Below are positions 12,836 to 28,016 of a stretch of 64,000 nucleotides of DNA, one piece after another; position 1 is the first letter of the stretch, and each line of letters starts with the position of its first letter. The translations under genes and the position numbers were made by a program. The stretch comes from Octopus vulgaris (Eukaryota), in NCBI GenBank assembly GCA_951406725.2, contig OX597817.1, positions 135,098,001-135,162,000 of the forward strand, read 5' to 3'. The notes under the pieces are model-generated. The model made no database searches. It was not told where the DNA came from and was given only the letters and a program-made list of their open reading frames with translations.

Positions 12836-13709
12836 ACTTAATATTGATATGAACAAAGGAAAATACTTGAAAAAAAAATCAACAAAAATATAGGACCCAT
12901 GGTTAAACCACCGGACTTTTGGCATCTTTAAGCAGGGATCGAACCGATTTATTGTGTCCATTACGAAAACTTCATCAGTAATCGCCAACTTGGCACTCAT
13001 AAAAACTAATAGTTAAGTTTTGGCTATCTACGTTGATTAATGTTATCATGTGTCACACAAAATATCTGTTATTCTGTCAGTCCTCGCCCAACCCCATGAC
13101 ACATCGCTTGCATCGTGAATCAACACTATCAATCATCGTTAATTAAATATATATATATTATACACCCCTTTATCTCCTCTTCATATCGCTGCTGTTTAGT
13201 TATACCATTTTATGAATCTTATTCATCTGTGAAACTATAATGTAAAGCAATCTAATTATAATATGAGATTAGATGACTTCGATGGTGAAAAATTATAGGT
13301 TAAAAATAATCTGGTAACTACAAGTAAATAGTGATGAGACGGTAAGTAAATGGATTTAATTTCAAGTCTGGTTACATTAGAGATAAACTTGGACGTAAGT
13401 TTGAATTGTTCTGGACGAGCGATAAGCGCTCGAGATAAATTCCGGCCAGTGAATGGTGCGTTAAAATGATTTCGTATATTTTGGGCTGAAATCTGAGAGA
13501 TTTGAGTGAAAGAAGGCTAAAACGTTCTGATGTGTTTCTCTAAAGACATTAGCGAGTTAAGTGAGAAAAGGCTAGCCCCTGGAATACAAGACAAGCCAGA
13601 AACCTACTTTGATCGCGGCCTATATCTTTCTCTCAATGGCGATTTTCAATTTGTGTTTAATGTGATAGAAAAACGAATGTATAATTAAATTGGTAATTGT
13701 GATTAACAG

Positions 13710-14090
13710 CTGGCGCTTCGTCAGTTTCGACGACGAGGATTCCTGCTGATCCAATCAATGGAACAATCCGTTCGTGAAATTTACATACAAGCGGCTGAGT
13801 ACTGAAGTTACATGTACCCTTAGATTCAGCGTGACATAGAATGTGACAAGGCTGAGTGGAGCAACGTGAAATAAAGTGTCTTACTCAAGGACAACAACGC
13901 GCCGCCAGGAATCGAACCCACAACCTTATGATCTTGATCCGAATACCCTAACCACTAAGCTACGAGCATTCGTTAAAAGGATGACAGGCAAAGTCGACCT
14001 CAGCGGCATTTGATCGCAGACTGTAGGGAATTGAAAGTAATACCTCTAAGCATTTTGTCTGACGCGCTAACAATTCTGCCAGCTCGCCAT
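13710..14090 (-). mobile_element. SINE family C-related copy followed by a family A fragment
   Basis: 13710-13965 matches the tail of 39360-39745; 13975-14090 matches the family A head. Confidence 0.7.
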
Positions 14091-15305
14091 CTTGTCAATT
14101 GTGATATTATTCCAGCGTATGACCTTAAACTGTGTCTGGTTGAGGGCCACTGGTCCAGGAACTCTAGATTTTGAGGAGTGCGCAACCATCCCTTAGCCGT
14201 TGTTCTTAAGTGTGTTTTGACCCGGAGCAATAATACCTGGCAAGGTCCCAACTATAGGTTAATTAGTATATCTGGGAGTGACCTCTGGAATGTCACTCAC
14301 GGGCACCCCAACGAAATCAGTACATATGAGGCCCTTCAGCTATTCTTTAGCTGCTCATCTAAGAGGAGATAACTCCATACACATTCTACATCCTGACATT
14401 TACTGGGCTCGTGGCATTTGTTGCACCAGACGAACAAGAGAGTAAGACTGGCTCTGTACAAACTGTGCCCACTGTAAAAGGAATCCCCTGCTACTTTGGA
14501 GGGGAATTTATTGGGCATTTAAAAAAATGCTATGGGAGTAAACTCCGACAGATAACCCTAAAGTAGATGTATACGGTTATATTTAACCAGCATCTAGCAT
14601 GCCTAGCATTTCCATGGATATTGCGAACGTACTGACTGGTCTTACATTCGTGGTGTATTCACGAGTGGAGAAGGGGGTAATGTGTGAAAAAGGGAGCTAG
14701 GCATTTGCTTCTGAAAATAGCCCTGGGGCAGCAGAGGTGGTTAAGTAACTATGTCTGTAAAACTGTAACCACAATGAAAAAGACCAAACCAAACAATTGT
14801 GATATTACAGGCGGGAAAACGTTGAGGTTTACATTAATCAGTTGCATATCTCTTAGTTTCGAATTTTAATTTATATCCTGTCGTGTTCAGCTTTACATTT
14901 AAAACATCTGTAAAGACCAGTAATTCACACAGGTGAAAAGAAACTCGCATTCTTTTCGACGATTGATTTTATGTTTAGTCAAAATGAATCGCGTAGATTG
15001 TAGCCACCATGCCTTGTTTTAAGACAGTGGAAATGAGATGTTGTGGTATTATGCCCTTCCCAATGGCATTATTCACGTAAGCAGACTAAAACAGATGTTC
15101 CATTCAAGACTCGATGCGACATTAACCTATAATCAATCAATAAATAGCTCTTACCAACATACACACACGAATATACATACATACATACATATATACATAC
15201 ATACACACACATACATACATATATATATACGTACATACATATATACATACATGCATACAGCATACATACATACATACATACATACATACATACATACATA
15301 CATAC

Positions 15306-15408
15306 CCTGTTGATGATGTTGAGATTCCAATGAGGGAGACTTGAATCTAGGTTAGAAACCGGTCCTTTCTCTATTGGCAAGAAATCTTGAAATAAAACTG
15401 AATAATGA
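15306..15408 (+). mobile_element. 3' end of R4/Dong-like element embedded in (CATA)n
   Basis: TGTTGATGATGTTGA...TCTAGGTTAGAAACCGG...TAAAACTGAA matches 50545-50650(-), which lies downstream of the RLE-coding fragment; CATA repeats on both sides. Confidence 0.65.
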
Positions 15409-16329
15409 CATACACACATACATTCAGACAGACGGACAAGGCGGAAGAACGGACGGACTGGTGGACGGACGGACTGGTGGACGGACGGACATGTAGACAG
15501 ATATATGTAAGGCGAGCTGGCAGAATCGTTAGTAAATCAGACATAAAGCTTAGCGGTATTTCATTAGGCTCTTAACATTCTGAGTTCAAATACCGTTGAG
15601 TTCATCTTTGAAGTAAAGTACGGAGTCACTGTCATCAACTACCCCCCCCCCCTCAAAACTGTTGGTCTTTGAATCCTGCGACGTACTGGCGTCTCGTTGA
15701 TGGAGATTGTTGTGATGTCGGTTATTTATACGACATGGAAACCAGAGATCAAGGATTGTGTGTGTGTGTTTGCGAGCGTATGTGCATGTGTCAAAGTATG
15801 TGTGTGCATGCATGTGTGTGTGCACATGTGTGTGTGAGTGTGTGTGTGTGTGTGTTTGTGCACGCGTTTGTACGTGTGTGCGAATCTTGTTAATGAACCC
15901 CCAGATTAATACTTACCTAACAAGTCTATGATTACAGGTGTTCTAGCCATGATCATCACATCTTTCATTCAAACATACTTTATGTAGGACTGCATTATCT
16001 CATGCATTCTTCTTGCCTGTTATTTGAGGGACATTTAGCTGCGATTTTAAGATTGAGTGCGCTTGTTGAGGTCCTCCGTTAGCTTGACTGTTGTGTGCAG
16101 TTCTTGTTATTGTAACTTTTGTTCAACCTAAGTTGAATCCTGACCGAACTGACCTATAACAAAGGTATTCCAATCGTGACCGTCCTGTCTTTTCATGGGT
16201 ATACCGAGCAACAATGAAAATGTTATTTCAAAGATATTTGGTTACTACTTCTAGCATGTAGAATTACCACGCAGATGTTTCCTCGTTTGCTGGTTAGCAC
16301 TAGTAGATGTTTCTTATTTCTTAGTTTTA

Positions 16330-16745
16330 ATTTCTTTATTGCCCACAAGGCGCTAAACATAGAGGGGACAAACACGAACAGACCAAGGGATCAAGCCAAT
16401 TACATCAACCTCAGTGCGTAACTGGTACTTAATTTATCGAGCCCTAAAGGATGAAAGGTAAGTCGACCTCGGTAGAATTTCAACTCAGAACGTAACGGCA
16501 GACGAAATACCTATTTCTTTACTACCCACAAGGGGCTAAACACAGAGGGGACAAACAAGGACAGACAAAAGGATTAAGTCGATTATATCGACCCCAGTGC
16601 GTAACTGGTACTTAATTCATCGACCCCGAAAGGATGAAAAGCAAAGTCGTCCTCAACGGAATTTGAACTCAGAACGTAACTCAGACGAAATACGGCAACG
16701 CATTTCGCCCGGTCTGCTAACGTTTCTGCTAGTTCGCCACCTTTA
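16330..16745 (-). mobile_element. SINE family A with tandemly duplicated body and tail
   Basis: Two ~180-bp units (16330-16510, 16511-16745); only the second retains the head. Confidence 0.85.
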
Positions 16746-17334
16746 GATGATTCTAATGTATCTAGAAAACATCAATGTTATATTTCGTTTTTTTTTTTGT
16801 TTTTTTTTGTATCTTGTGAGGGTCATTATGTCAATAATAAACATGCACTGGTTCTATTTTACTTTTCTAGTTTCAGAATTCACATCAAGAATCAGATAAT
16901 GAGATATCAGTGTCATAAGGTTTATAATAACAGAATGCTGTTGTTACATTCATGCCTTTCCCCCAAATATTAACGACGGCAGTTTAAAAGAAATGGCCTC
17001 CACCTGATGCGTTTTCCCAAACCCATCCAGCTGCCAACCTGGACGGAGAGATTATTCCCTGCGCTACAAAATCTGTTATGTTTTTCTCACAAATGCTAAC
17101 ACAATGTTTTTAATTTGTTATGGTACCCAACCGTTTCTTAATACTTATTTATTCATCGCTTTGACTCTCTTATCAAATAAACTTACAATTAACTAAGAAG
17201 GTTCACTTCAGACAACATTTATCTTGGCTTTCTTTCAAAAATCACTGAATCAAAGATGTCGACTTTTCTTTTTTCTCTTTTTACATTTTTTCCTTTTATT
17301 TTTCAATATTACTATATAATTTCTTTCAGTATCC

Positions 17335-17394
17335 TTATTATTATAAATATTGTTATAGTAGTTACTATTGTTATTATTATTATCATTATTATTA

Positions 17395-17492
<98 letters not shown>

Positions 17493-17540
17493 TTACAATT
17501 ACTCTATTAGCTTTCTGCTTCTACTTCATTTTGTTGTAAC

Positions 17541-17588
<48 letters not shown>

Positions 17589-17914
17589 GTATATGTATGT
17601 ATATGTATATTGTATATGTATGTATAGTATGTATATATGCATGCATACGTGCATTTATATATTCATATATACATTTATACATAAATATATATAAATATTA
17701 GTAGATATGAATGAATGTATATGTATGTATGCATGCATGTATATATGAATTATATGTCTGTGTGTGTATGCATGTATGTATGTATACGTACGTACATACA
17801 TACTTCTCTTTCTTATGTTTTTCCACTTCCTTACTCTCCTTCCCAAGTAATATCAATATTTTCTCATTTTTCAAGAAAGGAGCTTTGACCTCTAAGACTT
17901 TAGCTACTCTTTAG

Positions 17915-18012
<98 letters not shown>

Positions 18013-18085
18013 TATACATATATGTATATATAAATATAAATATATACATATATCATATATCATATATATATATATATATATATAT
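17335..18085. repeat. (ATT)n, (TA)n and TATG low-complexity block
   Basis: Directly visible arrays. Confidence 0.9.
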
Positions 18086-18328
18086 TCATCTGAGGAGCGA
18101 GATAAATATTTTAAAACTCATAAGCAATTTACGTCTTTTTAATTGGATGTACGGCAACTTATCGACTTTTTAAACAACCTTTAATTATATAAACGATATC
18201 TGAAATCCATTTTTGTTTAACTGACGCGCTCACTGACATAAACAATAAGTTAAATGTGGCTCCGGGGCACATAAAGGAGACGAGTCTCATTTAAGTTTAT
18301 TTATGATAAATATTTTTTATTATTATTA

Positions 18329-18426
<98 letters not shown>

Positions 18427-18574
18427 TTCATCACTGTTGTTTATTAGAAATAACTGCCGCTCGGCTACAACTTTCTATAATTTCATATATTTCATATTAT
18501 TTCTCTATGGAGACCACCTCTAGCGATTGCAGATACCTCATTAGTTTTATTTTTGATAACTATTTCAATGCGGA

Positions 18575-19257
18575 AGGCGGCGAGCTGGCGAAATCGTTAC
18601 AGCACCGGGCAAAAATACTTAACGCCATCTCGTCCGTTTTTACGTTCTGAGTTCAAATTCTGCGGAGGCTGACTTCGCTTTTCACCCTTTTCGGGGTCGA
18701 TAAAATAATTACCAGTTGAGTCCTGGGGATCGATGTAATCGACTACACTTGTTTCCGAAATTTCACGCTTAGCGCCTATAACAGAAAGTTATTATTTCAA
18801 TGAAGTGGCGGCAAAATGGTTAGATTCAGGCAAAACGCATAGCGGCATCTCTTCAAGTTCTGAGTTCAATTGCTCTCATCCTTTGAGCTTGATGAAACAA
18901 CGTATTAGTTTAGCACTGGGCTCGATGCAACCAACTTCACACTGCCCTCAGAATATCTGGTCTCGTGCCAAATTGAGAGAGAATTATTTCAATAAAGAAA
19001 TAATACGAAGAAAATATTCTTACTTGGGATAATCAAGTTATAAAAGAGACGGGAAAATATTCTTTTCTAATCTAGTTCACAAGGCCCGATATTTTGGGGG
19101 AGGAGGCCAGTCGATTAGATTGACCACGGTATGCAACTAGTACTTAATTTATCGACCCCTAAAGGATGAAAGGCAATGTCTATCTCGGAGGAATTTGAAC
19201 GTAAAGACCACTAAGCATTTGGCCGGCGTGCTAACGTGTCTGCCAGCACGCCGCCTT
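18575..19257. mobile_element. Cluster of SINE family A copies (18575-18790 +, ~18805-18980 +, 19065-19257 -)
   Basis: Homology to 9586-9817. Confidence 0.8.
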
Positions 19258-19634
19258 CAGACGGGAAGATATTGTATAAAGTTTACGTCTGTTCCTGGAT
19301 CGTAGTGAATAGGTTGGATCAATTGGTTCCAGTCTGGAATCGAAACTGGAACCGTTGGTTGTTTAACGGAAGATTTAGTTCATGAGCATTCTGAGGAATT
19401 TGTCATTCATCTTCTATCTTTTAATTGTTTCAGTTATTAGAGTGTGGCCATACTGGGGCACCGCCCTGAATACGTTTTAGTCAAATGAATCGATCCCAGT
19501 ACTTATTCTATCAGTTGTTTTGCCGAACCGCTAGGTGATGGGGACGTAAACACACCAACTCCGGTTGTCACTTGGTCGTGGGGGACAAACACAAGGACAG
19601 AGAAATATATATCTTATATTATATATTATATTAC

Positions 19635-19742
<108 letters not shown>

Positions 19743-19850
19743 ATTTGGGGATGATTATGCTGTCAGTTTAGCCGATAAAAACACACGCACTATACATTTG
19801 GTGTTAATTTGCTTCAGCTTTATTTTTTTTTTACATTAATCGTATTTCAT

Positions 19851-19890
19851 CCAGAGTTCTTTCGTCACACTCCTGTAACCTGATCAGTGG
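19851..19890 (-). ncRNA. Minimal hammerhead motif, one core substitution
   Basis: CCA-CTGATCA-G-GTTAC AGGAGT GTGAC-GAAAG AA CTC-TGG; G8>C; a (TA)n array begins ~115 nt downstream. Confidence 0.55.
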
Positions 19891-20248
19891 TCCTTTGCTT
19901 TCTTCTTTCTTATTTCTGTGCCTTTCCTTACTAACGATCAGCCATTTTGGATTTTGTAGTATGTGTCTTTATTTGCGTATGCGTATATTTCTATGCATGT
20001 CTATGTTTAGTAAGTGTGTATGTGTATGGGGGGAGTGCCTGTATTATCTGCATCCCCTGTTTATACACGTTCGTTTAATTTGTTTTTATTTATTTTGTTC
20101 ACGTGTTTATACCAACTTATTATTTTTTCTTTCTTTTTTCTTTTCTTTCATTTTTTTGTATTTCAATTTATTTTAATTTTGTTAACGTATATCGTTATTT
20201 AATTCCATTTGTTTATCTGTGTATTTTATTATGTTTTGTTCATATTGT

Positions 20249-20309
<61 letters not shown>

Positions 20310-20481
20310 TGTATGTATGTATGTATGTATATAAATGAAGGACTCTTCCGGCCAAGATGGCGAATGAGAATTCAGCTTTTTCCGAACGACCAGCGCGAAT
20401 GATTTGTTTATAATGATCAAATGTCCGTGCCGCACATCAAATCGACGTTGTCTGACTAGGTGCACTTCGACACCTGACGAA

Positions 20482-20637
20482 TGATAAACTTCTGCAAAGT
20501 TGTTGCAGATTTTTACAGTTCCAGTGATGGACTGGATCTGTAGTCTTCGAATTAGCTTTCTCCTTTCTGGATTTGAGAAGCCTAATTTCTCAAGATTGGT
20601 ATATAGGCAGTGTGTTACATATCCCAGAGCTCCAATA
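20482..20637 (-). mobile_element. R4/Dong-like non-LTR retrotransposon, C-terminal restriction-like endonuclease fragment
   Basis: Translates IGALGYVTHCLYTNLEKLGFSNPERRKLIRRLQIQSITGTVKIC, matching the IGALG...LG...LQ...GT pattern at the end of RLE-type ORFs; homologous to 50900-51127. Confidence 0.75.
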
Positions 20638-20644
20638 TGTATGT

Positions 20645-20810
20645 ATATATACGACGGGCTTCGTTCAGTTTCCGTCTACCAAATCTACTCACAAGGCTTC
20701 GTTCGGCCCGACGCTATAATAGAAGACACTTGCCCAAGGTGCCACGCAGAGGGACTGAACCCGTAACCATGTAGTTGGGAAACAAAATTTTACCACACGG
20801 CAACGCCTGC
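20645..20810 (-). mobile_element. SINE family B head and body
   Basis: Reverse complement of the 53413-53575 type sequence. Confidence 0.85.
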
Positions 20811-21208
20811 GCTTATATCGATATTTTTTAGAAAATAAAATTGGGTTTTTCATGAAATTAACCTCGTGGCAACACTTTACTGGCAAATAATTTATGGGTT
20901 CACTCGATGTCTATAAATCATCGATTTTAACCAATAAACAAGTGTTTGTCTCAAGGTTTAAGCCATGCAAGCGTATATTCGTACGCTAAATCAATTTCTA
21001 AACCACAAGATACTTTTTTTTCGTTTAAAAGATGACTTATAGTAGATTTAATCAACCGCAGAATATTACAGGTACCTAATTCTCAGAGCGCAGAGTAACA
21101 TAAGGTAGAGTTTATTGTTGTCTGTTTTATGATATAAATGAAAAAAAATAGTAAAAGAAACAATGAAGCAAGAGAGAAGTGAACTCATAATAATGTGACA
21201 GTAAGCTA

Positions 21209-21545
21209 AGGCGGTGAACTGGCAGAATGGTTAGCGCGCCGGGCGAAAGGCTTAGCGGTGTTTCATCTGTCTTTACGTCCTGAGTTCAAATTCCGCCGAC
21301 GTCGACTTTGCCTTTTTTCCTTTCGGGTTCAATAAATTAAGTACCAGTTGCATACTGGGATCGATGTAATCGACTGGCCTCCTCCACAAAACTTTAAGAC
21401 CTTGTGCCTAGAGTAGAAACGAATAATATGTCACTAAACTAAGGCGGTGGACTGGCAGAAAGGTTAGCACGCTGTGAGAAATATTTATCGGCACTTCGTC
21501 TGTCTTTACGTTCAAATTCCGCTTGGGTCGACTTTGCCTTTTTCC
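21209..21545 (+). mobile_element. Two SINE family A copies
   Basis: Heads at 21209 and ~21442. Confidence 0.85.
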
Positions 21546-21554
21546 CGCTACAAA

Positions 21555-21673
21555 TGTTCTTCGCTTTCTAATTGCCTTCGCAACCATTCTCAATAAAATT
21601 TCTGTATGCAACAATGAACATCATTTTAACAAGCACAGATTCACGCCTGATATATTAAACTTATCAACCTTTA

Positions 21674-21714
<41 letters not shown>

Positions 21715-21800
21715 TCTTTTGTATAGTTTTCTAATTACAGAAGCGAGGAGTAATCACTCGGCCTAGTGGTTAAGCCGTTACACGCAGCCAATTTCGTGTA
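21555..21800 (+). mobile_element. Dispersed repeat, second copy at 26180-26345 (possible PLE 3' region)
   Basis: Shared TGTTCTTCGCTT...TGCAAC.ATGAAC..CATTTTAACAA.CACA.ATTCACGCCTGA. Family assignment is inference. Confidence 0.5.
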
Positions 21801-22033
21801 AGTATTTTGTTTTGTAGAATTTTAACAAGGGAGTGTTGGATGGATGCTAATAAAAGACAGGGGGCAATTGTTAAAAACAAGACAGGGGGGAAATTGTTAA
21901 AAATGCTTGAGAAGTACTTAACTACATTGGCTCACATAACGATGCATTTCTACTCGTTTCGTTGCTTATGATCAGGTGCATCTTGATCGAGAAAACTAAT
22001 GACCAACGTCGTTCCAACCTTGACAATTCTTAC

Positions 22034-22077
22034 CGCTTGTGGGGACTCAAGATTAACCGATCTAATATGTCTTTCAT
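22034..22077 (-). CDS. Candidate first coding exon (MKDILDRLILSPHK + CG, phase 2)
   Basis: GGC ATG AAA GAC ATA TTA GAT CGG TTA ATC TTG AGT CCC CAC AAG CG|GTAAGA, downstream of YY1 and CCAAT motifs in a repeat-free island. Product not recognised. Confidence 0.4.
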
Positions 22078-22299
22078 GCCTTTCTCCCTTTCCGTTCTCC
22101 ACAGAAACAGAAACCGAACGAGAGTGAACGATAGACAACGGAAACTTAGTTTCGGGCAGGTTTGTATAAATGTGGATTTTATTGATAACTCAGTCCATTT
22201 ATGAAGATAGACATGACAATTTAATAATAAAATTCAGAAAGAAAATGAGCTCTTCAATCAAAATATTGCAGAGAACACATCGAAGTGATTAGATCGGTG

Positions 22300-22510
22300 C
22301 ACCGTTTAAGCGTCGCCATTTTGGTAGTTTTAAACAGAGCGACCGTTTGTCTCTCATGACATCAATGAAATTTTTGTTATCATAAATTTAAGTGGAATAG
22401 TAAATAAATACCAGCTTGCTTCACCTGATGGGTGAATAGCAGGCTCTGTAGTTGTAAATATTGATAAATGGAGGGAGAGAGAGGAGTGGACGGATCCGAT
22501 TGGTTGGTAG
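22300..22510 (-). promoter_or_regulatory. Candidate Pol II promoter (NF-Y CCAAT box and YY1 motif)
   Basis: Minus strand AACCAATCGG (22496-22505) and CAAAATGGCG (22314-22323) in unique, CpG-retaining sequence. Confidence 0.5.
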
Positions 22511-23974
22511 CGGTTTGCGGATGGTTGTGTGCATGTACATGTGACGGTGGTTATCAGTTATCGCAAACTAAACAGACATGGAAATGTGGCAGATTTACAT
22601 TTAAGATGTTTGAAAGAGAGTTTTAGTCCAATAAAAACAAAGAAATTTATGGGAAGCATTGATCTTCCTGCAAGGTTCGGAAACCAGTGTCAATATGAAC
22701 GTAGCTTTTTTGTGGTTATTGAATTCAAACTTGCATACACACACACACACATACATGCATACATATATAGATACATACATACACACACATACATGCATAC
22801 GTATATGTATATATATGCACGCATGCACATACATATATGTGTGTGTGCATGTGTCAATGTGTGCATATGTATGTATACACATAAATACTCACATACTTAT
22901 ATATGTCTTGCGCGCGCGCGCGCGTGTGTGTGTGTGTGATATATTTATATCTGCAGATAAATTCTGGTAGACGATGTAAAAAATATGCATGAGTTTACTG
23001 TGAAGGGAAGCTGAAGCTTCTAAACTTGTTATTTTGCATTTCACGTTACCGATTATTCATACGATTGAAAAGGGGCAAATATTCGTAAATATATTGAAGT
23101 ATGATTAGTCATTGAGATTTGATTGGTTTCAAAAAAAAAATAGTTCTAATATTTTTCGGTATCATACATGTAGAACACACAAAAGCAGAGAAGACGTCTG
23201 CTCATAAAGCAGTTTTAAAAATTGATGAATAACTGAAAGATTTCCATAAATACTTTGAAGTGGTCACTATATTCATGGATAGGGAACTACTGTCCAACCC
23301 AGTTTATCGATTGCCAGATTTGGTACTGAAGATCTGAGTAGTCGCGTATTGTATTGGTGAACGGGAATCGCGTTCAGATTCTTGCTCGGTCTCTTTCTCT
23401 TAATGATTTCTCTATGTGTTTCGAATATTTCACACCATTCTACCGAAAATCAAGCAGAATGATTTCCTAGTCATTTTCCTAAATAGTCGCCATGACTTTC
23501 TGTGCGAATCGCTGGCTCTTAAACGAAGAATTCAATAAAATGTGTTTTCTTTTTTCGCATAGTCTTTCTTTTCACTTAATATCATCATAGCAGAACCTTT
23601 CAATTATTCTATATAATTGTGAGCACAATCATTAAAAACAACGAGCTAAATCTCTTATGAGATTTGTTTGCCAAACATTATGTAAGTATTTATTTCTTTA
23701 CACTGTATTTATATAAAAGCAATCATTCATCAATTTCGGAAAGCAAAAAAATTAAATGTAAATATTTTGACAGAGGAAAATAACATATAAATAGCGATAG
23801 TATATTTTACTGTTGTCGCTGGTCTCTTAGACATCGAAAATGATAGCTAAGGAAACATTTTTAATGATTTTAAAGAAATTTTAACAAATATTAGGAAAGA
23901 ATAGTTTTTTAAAATGTCATTCATTGCCTTAACCATGACATTCTGAAATAACTGTTTTAGAAAAGATTGATTCG

Positions 23975-24510
23975 GTGAAACAGAGGAGCTACTGGGCGAG
24001 ACTAAAGGTACTGAAGCTTTGCTCCCTAGAGAGAAGGCGTAAAAGACGTAGAGTGATATACATATGGAAGATTCTGGAAGGTCTAACTTCATACTCTGGA
24101 ATTGAAAGCTATATATACTCTGGTTTCTCCTCACCCCGAGCGGATATATCTTTCTTCTTTTACTAAATATTAGCCACCGAAGATCACGGCATTGCGTAGT
24201 ACCAAAACTCCCATCTTCTCTGTCTACAATTAGGACCCAGTACTGTAACAGTTTGAGTTTTAAGGGTCCACAACTATTCACCATTCTACTGAATAACCTC
24301 AGAGATGGTCAAGCTGTAAAGAGCGTTTGAACAAAGTTTTATCTGAGCTACCAGTTGAACCTGCATCACGGCTGGAGGCACAAAGAAAAGCAGCTCCATC
24401 TAACTCGCTACTTCACCAGAAACTGTAGAGAAAAGAAACCCAAACACCCTGAAGGGTGGTGCCCCAGCATGGCGTCAGCCACTGGCTGAAACCAATAAAA
24501 GATAAAAAGA
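23975..24510 (+). mobile_element. CR1/L2-group LINE 3' fragment
   Basis: YWARLKVLKLCSLERRR..RVIYIWKILEGL is the typical post-RT motif; ends GGTGGTGCCCCAGCATGGC...GCTGAAACCAATAAAAGATAAAAAGA. Confidence 0.85.
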
Positions 24511-25529
24511 AAACGTGACGTTAATACTTGCGAGGATGACTTATTAATTGTTAACAGTTTTAACGAAAAGTCTTGACGGACTTCGGCTCTTCATCATTCC
24601 CTTGTGCACCTGATGCAACTATTTAAACAATTAGCTTGAAGAATTCGGCAGCATTAACCTTCTAAAGTCACTACCAAGTAATTAACTATGTTAGGGAATA
24701 TTTCAACCAAGAGAATCGATTTGCGGAACACTGATTACCTGAAATAATGATATGTAACTAACGCTAACCATAAGACTAGTTCTATGACTAATACGTGTCT
24801 TATGACTAACACTAACCTTATGACAAATACTAGTCGTATGAAGTTATTATCCCACAACCTTTATTTTCATTCTATTCGTATGATATGTTTTAATGTTCTG
24901 ACTTTCCTATCCACGTATTCATTATTTTGAACCTTTAATCGTCTATTCTGTCTTCTATGCAGTTGGATGTTCTAAACCTCTTCCTCATCTCTGTCTCTCT
25001 TCTCCCCCCTTGATTTCTTAGTGCTTCTAAAACATTGCCATTCCTTTTCATACTTTCTGTAGTCCCACACCTCCAACTCCTTTTCTCTAAATTTCTCGTT
25101 TTCTTAGACTTTTTATAACCTATCCTCTCAATAACACCTAAACTTATTATTTTTCTATAAAAACAATATTTTATTACGTTTATGAATTCTTGTTGCAAGA
25201 TTCCTGATGTGAAGTCGTGTATTGAAACAGATATTGTCGTATTTCGGGACGGTCATTTTCTTCTCTTTTTTTTTTTGCCAAACGGACACACGCACTATAT
25301 ATTGAGTGAACTGGAGCAACGTGAAATAAACTGACTACCTCTTGATCGTGAGCCAGACGCTTAACCACTGATCCATGCACATATCATTTAATGTACATAG
25401 TATTTATAATAAGAATGAACCATATTCTCTGAGCCCGTGGATTGCTTGAAGACAAAAGGTACGTTATATAAACATGCCTAGTCACAGCGACTCTATGAGA
25501 AGAAACTATGAAATATGGTGTAAAAATAT

Positions 25530-25880
25530 TCCTTTACTCTTTTACTTGTTTCAGTCATTTGACTGTGGCCATGCTGGAGCACCGCCTTTAGTCGAGCAAA
25601 TCGACCCCAGGACTTATTCTTTGTAATCCTAGTACTTATTCTATCGGTCTCTTTTACCGAACCGCTAAGTTACGAGGACACAAACACACCAGTATCGGTT
25701 GTCAAGCGATGTTGGGGGGACAAACACAGACACACAAACATACACACACACATACATATATATATATATGTAAATATACATATATACGACGGGCTTCTTT
25801 CAGTTTCCGTCTACCAAATCTACTCACAAGGCTTTGGTCGGTTCGAGGCTATAGTAGAAGACACTTGCCCAAGTTGCCAC
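25530..25880 (-). mobile_element. SINE family B, body plus CR1-like tail
   Basis: Contains GGCGGTGCTCCAGCATGGCCACAGTCAAATGACTGAAACAAGTAAAAGAG on the minus strand. Confidence 0.9.
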
Positions 25881-26559
25881 GTATTGTTATTCTTTCTCTC
25901 TCTCTCCTCTCCTTCTTTCCTCAATGACCATTCTTCTACACCTGGCTATACGCACTCCATCTCCTCCACCTCCCATACGCACACCCATACTCACACCATC
26001 TCCCCTCCTCCTCCTCCTCCTCCTCCTCTTCTAATGCATGCTAACACTCACATTTTAGACCTCTTGTTCTACACCGCTCACAACTCCATCTACCTGCCAC
26101 ACTCACCTGCCATAACTAATTTATTCGCTGAAAAACATCAAATTCCTACAAATGGTCAGTGCTATTATTTCTGACACATATGTTCTTCGCTTGCTAATAG
26201 CCTTCTCGACCTTTCTGAATAAGATTTCTTTATGCAACGATGAACGCCATTTTAACAAACACAAATTCACGCCTGACAAATTAAACCTATCCACCTTTAT
26301 TACTTCTCTTTCCTTTTGTACATTTTTCTGATCACAGAAGGGAGCACTTACCTTTCAATACAACAACCGCCTAACCATTCACACCTTCATATCCACAAAT
26401 TACCTCACAAAATACCGCTGTTTCCAAATAAAAAAAAAACTCTCAGAGCCCGTTCCTAGTTTTATTCTATAAACTTGCGGTTCCAAAATGATCCACAATA
26501 TTTGATGCTGACCCCAATTTTAGCGGCGGCATATATATTTACCTTTTGGGGATTTTTTC

Positions 26560-26776
26560 TCACCTTTTTACTTATTTCAGTCATTTGACTGCGGCCATGC
26601 TGGGCACCGCATTGAATGATTTTAGTCGAACATATCGACCCGAGAAATTATTATTTTTTAAACCCAGTACTTATTCCATTGGTGTTTTTTGCTGAACTGT
26701 TAAGTTACGGCGACGTAACCACATCAACATCAGATGTCAAGCGGTGGTGGGGCATACAAAGACACACGCACGTATA

Positions 26777-26812
<36 letters not shown>

Positions 26813-27309
26813 TGTATGTATGTATGTATGTATGTATGTGCATATGTGTGTGTGTTTGTGTGTGTGTGTATGCGTGTGTGTGGTGTACAACCATTAACGG
26901 AAGCCATTTGCAATCTCTATGAATGACTGAATGTTGACTCCCTGTTGCTCTGCTATCCTCAGCTGGTGTCCGATTGCTAGTAATGAATAATCTGCTTGTA
27001 AATATAACCTATATTTCTCCCTTGACCAAGGAGGAGAGCTGACAGAATCACCAACGCACCGGACTAAATGCTAAGCCGTTCGGTCGGCTCTGTACTCGAG
27101 TTCAAATATATATATATGTATATATATATATGTATATATATATATTCTTTTACTCTTTTACTTGTTTCAGTTATTTGACTGTGGCCATGCTGGAGCACCG
27201 CCTTTAGTCGAGCAAATCGACCCCAGGACTTATTCTTTGTAAGCCTGGCACTTATTCTATCTGTTGTCAAGCGATGTTAAGGGACAAACACAGACACACA
27301 AAGATATAC

Positions 27310-27310
<1 letters not shown>
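26560..27310 (-). mobile_element. Two SINE family B tail fragments (26560-26770, 27145-27310)
   Basis: Homology to 25530-25740. Confidence 0.8.
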
Positions 27311-28014
<704 letters not shown>

Positions 28015-28016
28015 GT

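Noticed and set aside
12930-12990. Minus-strand CTGATGA hammerhead candidate
   Set aside because: No GAAA after stem II.
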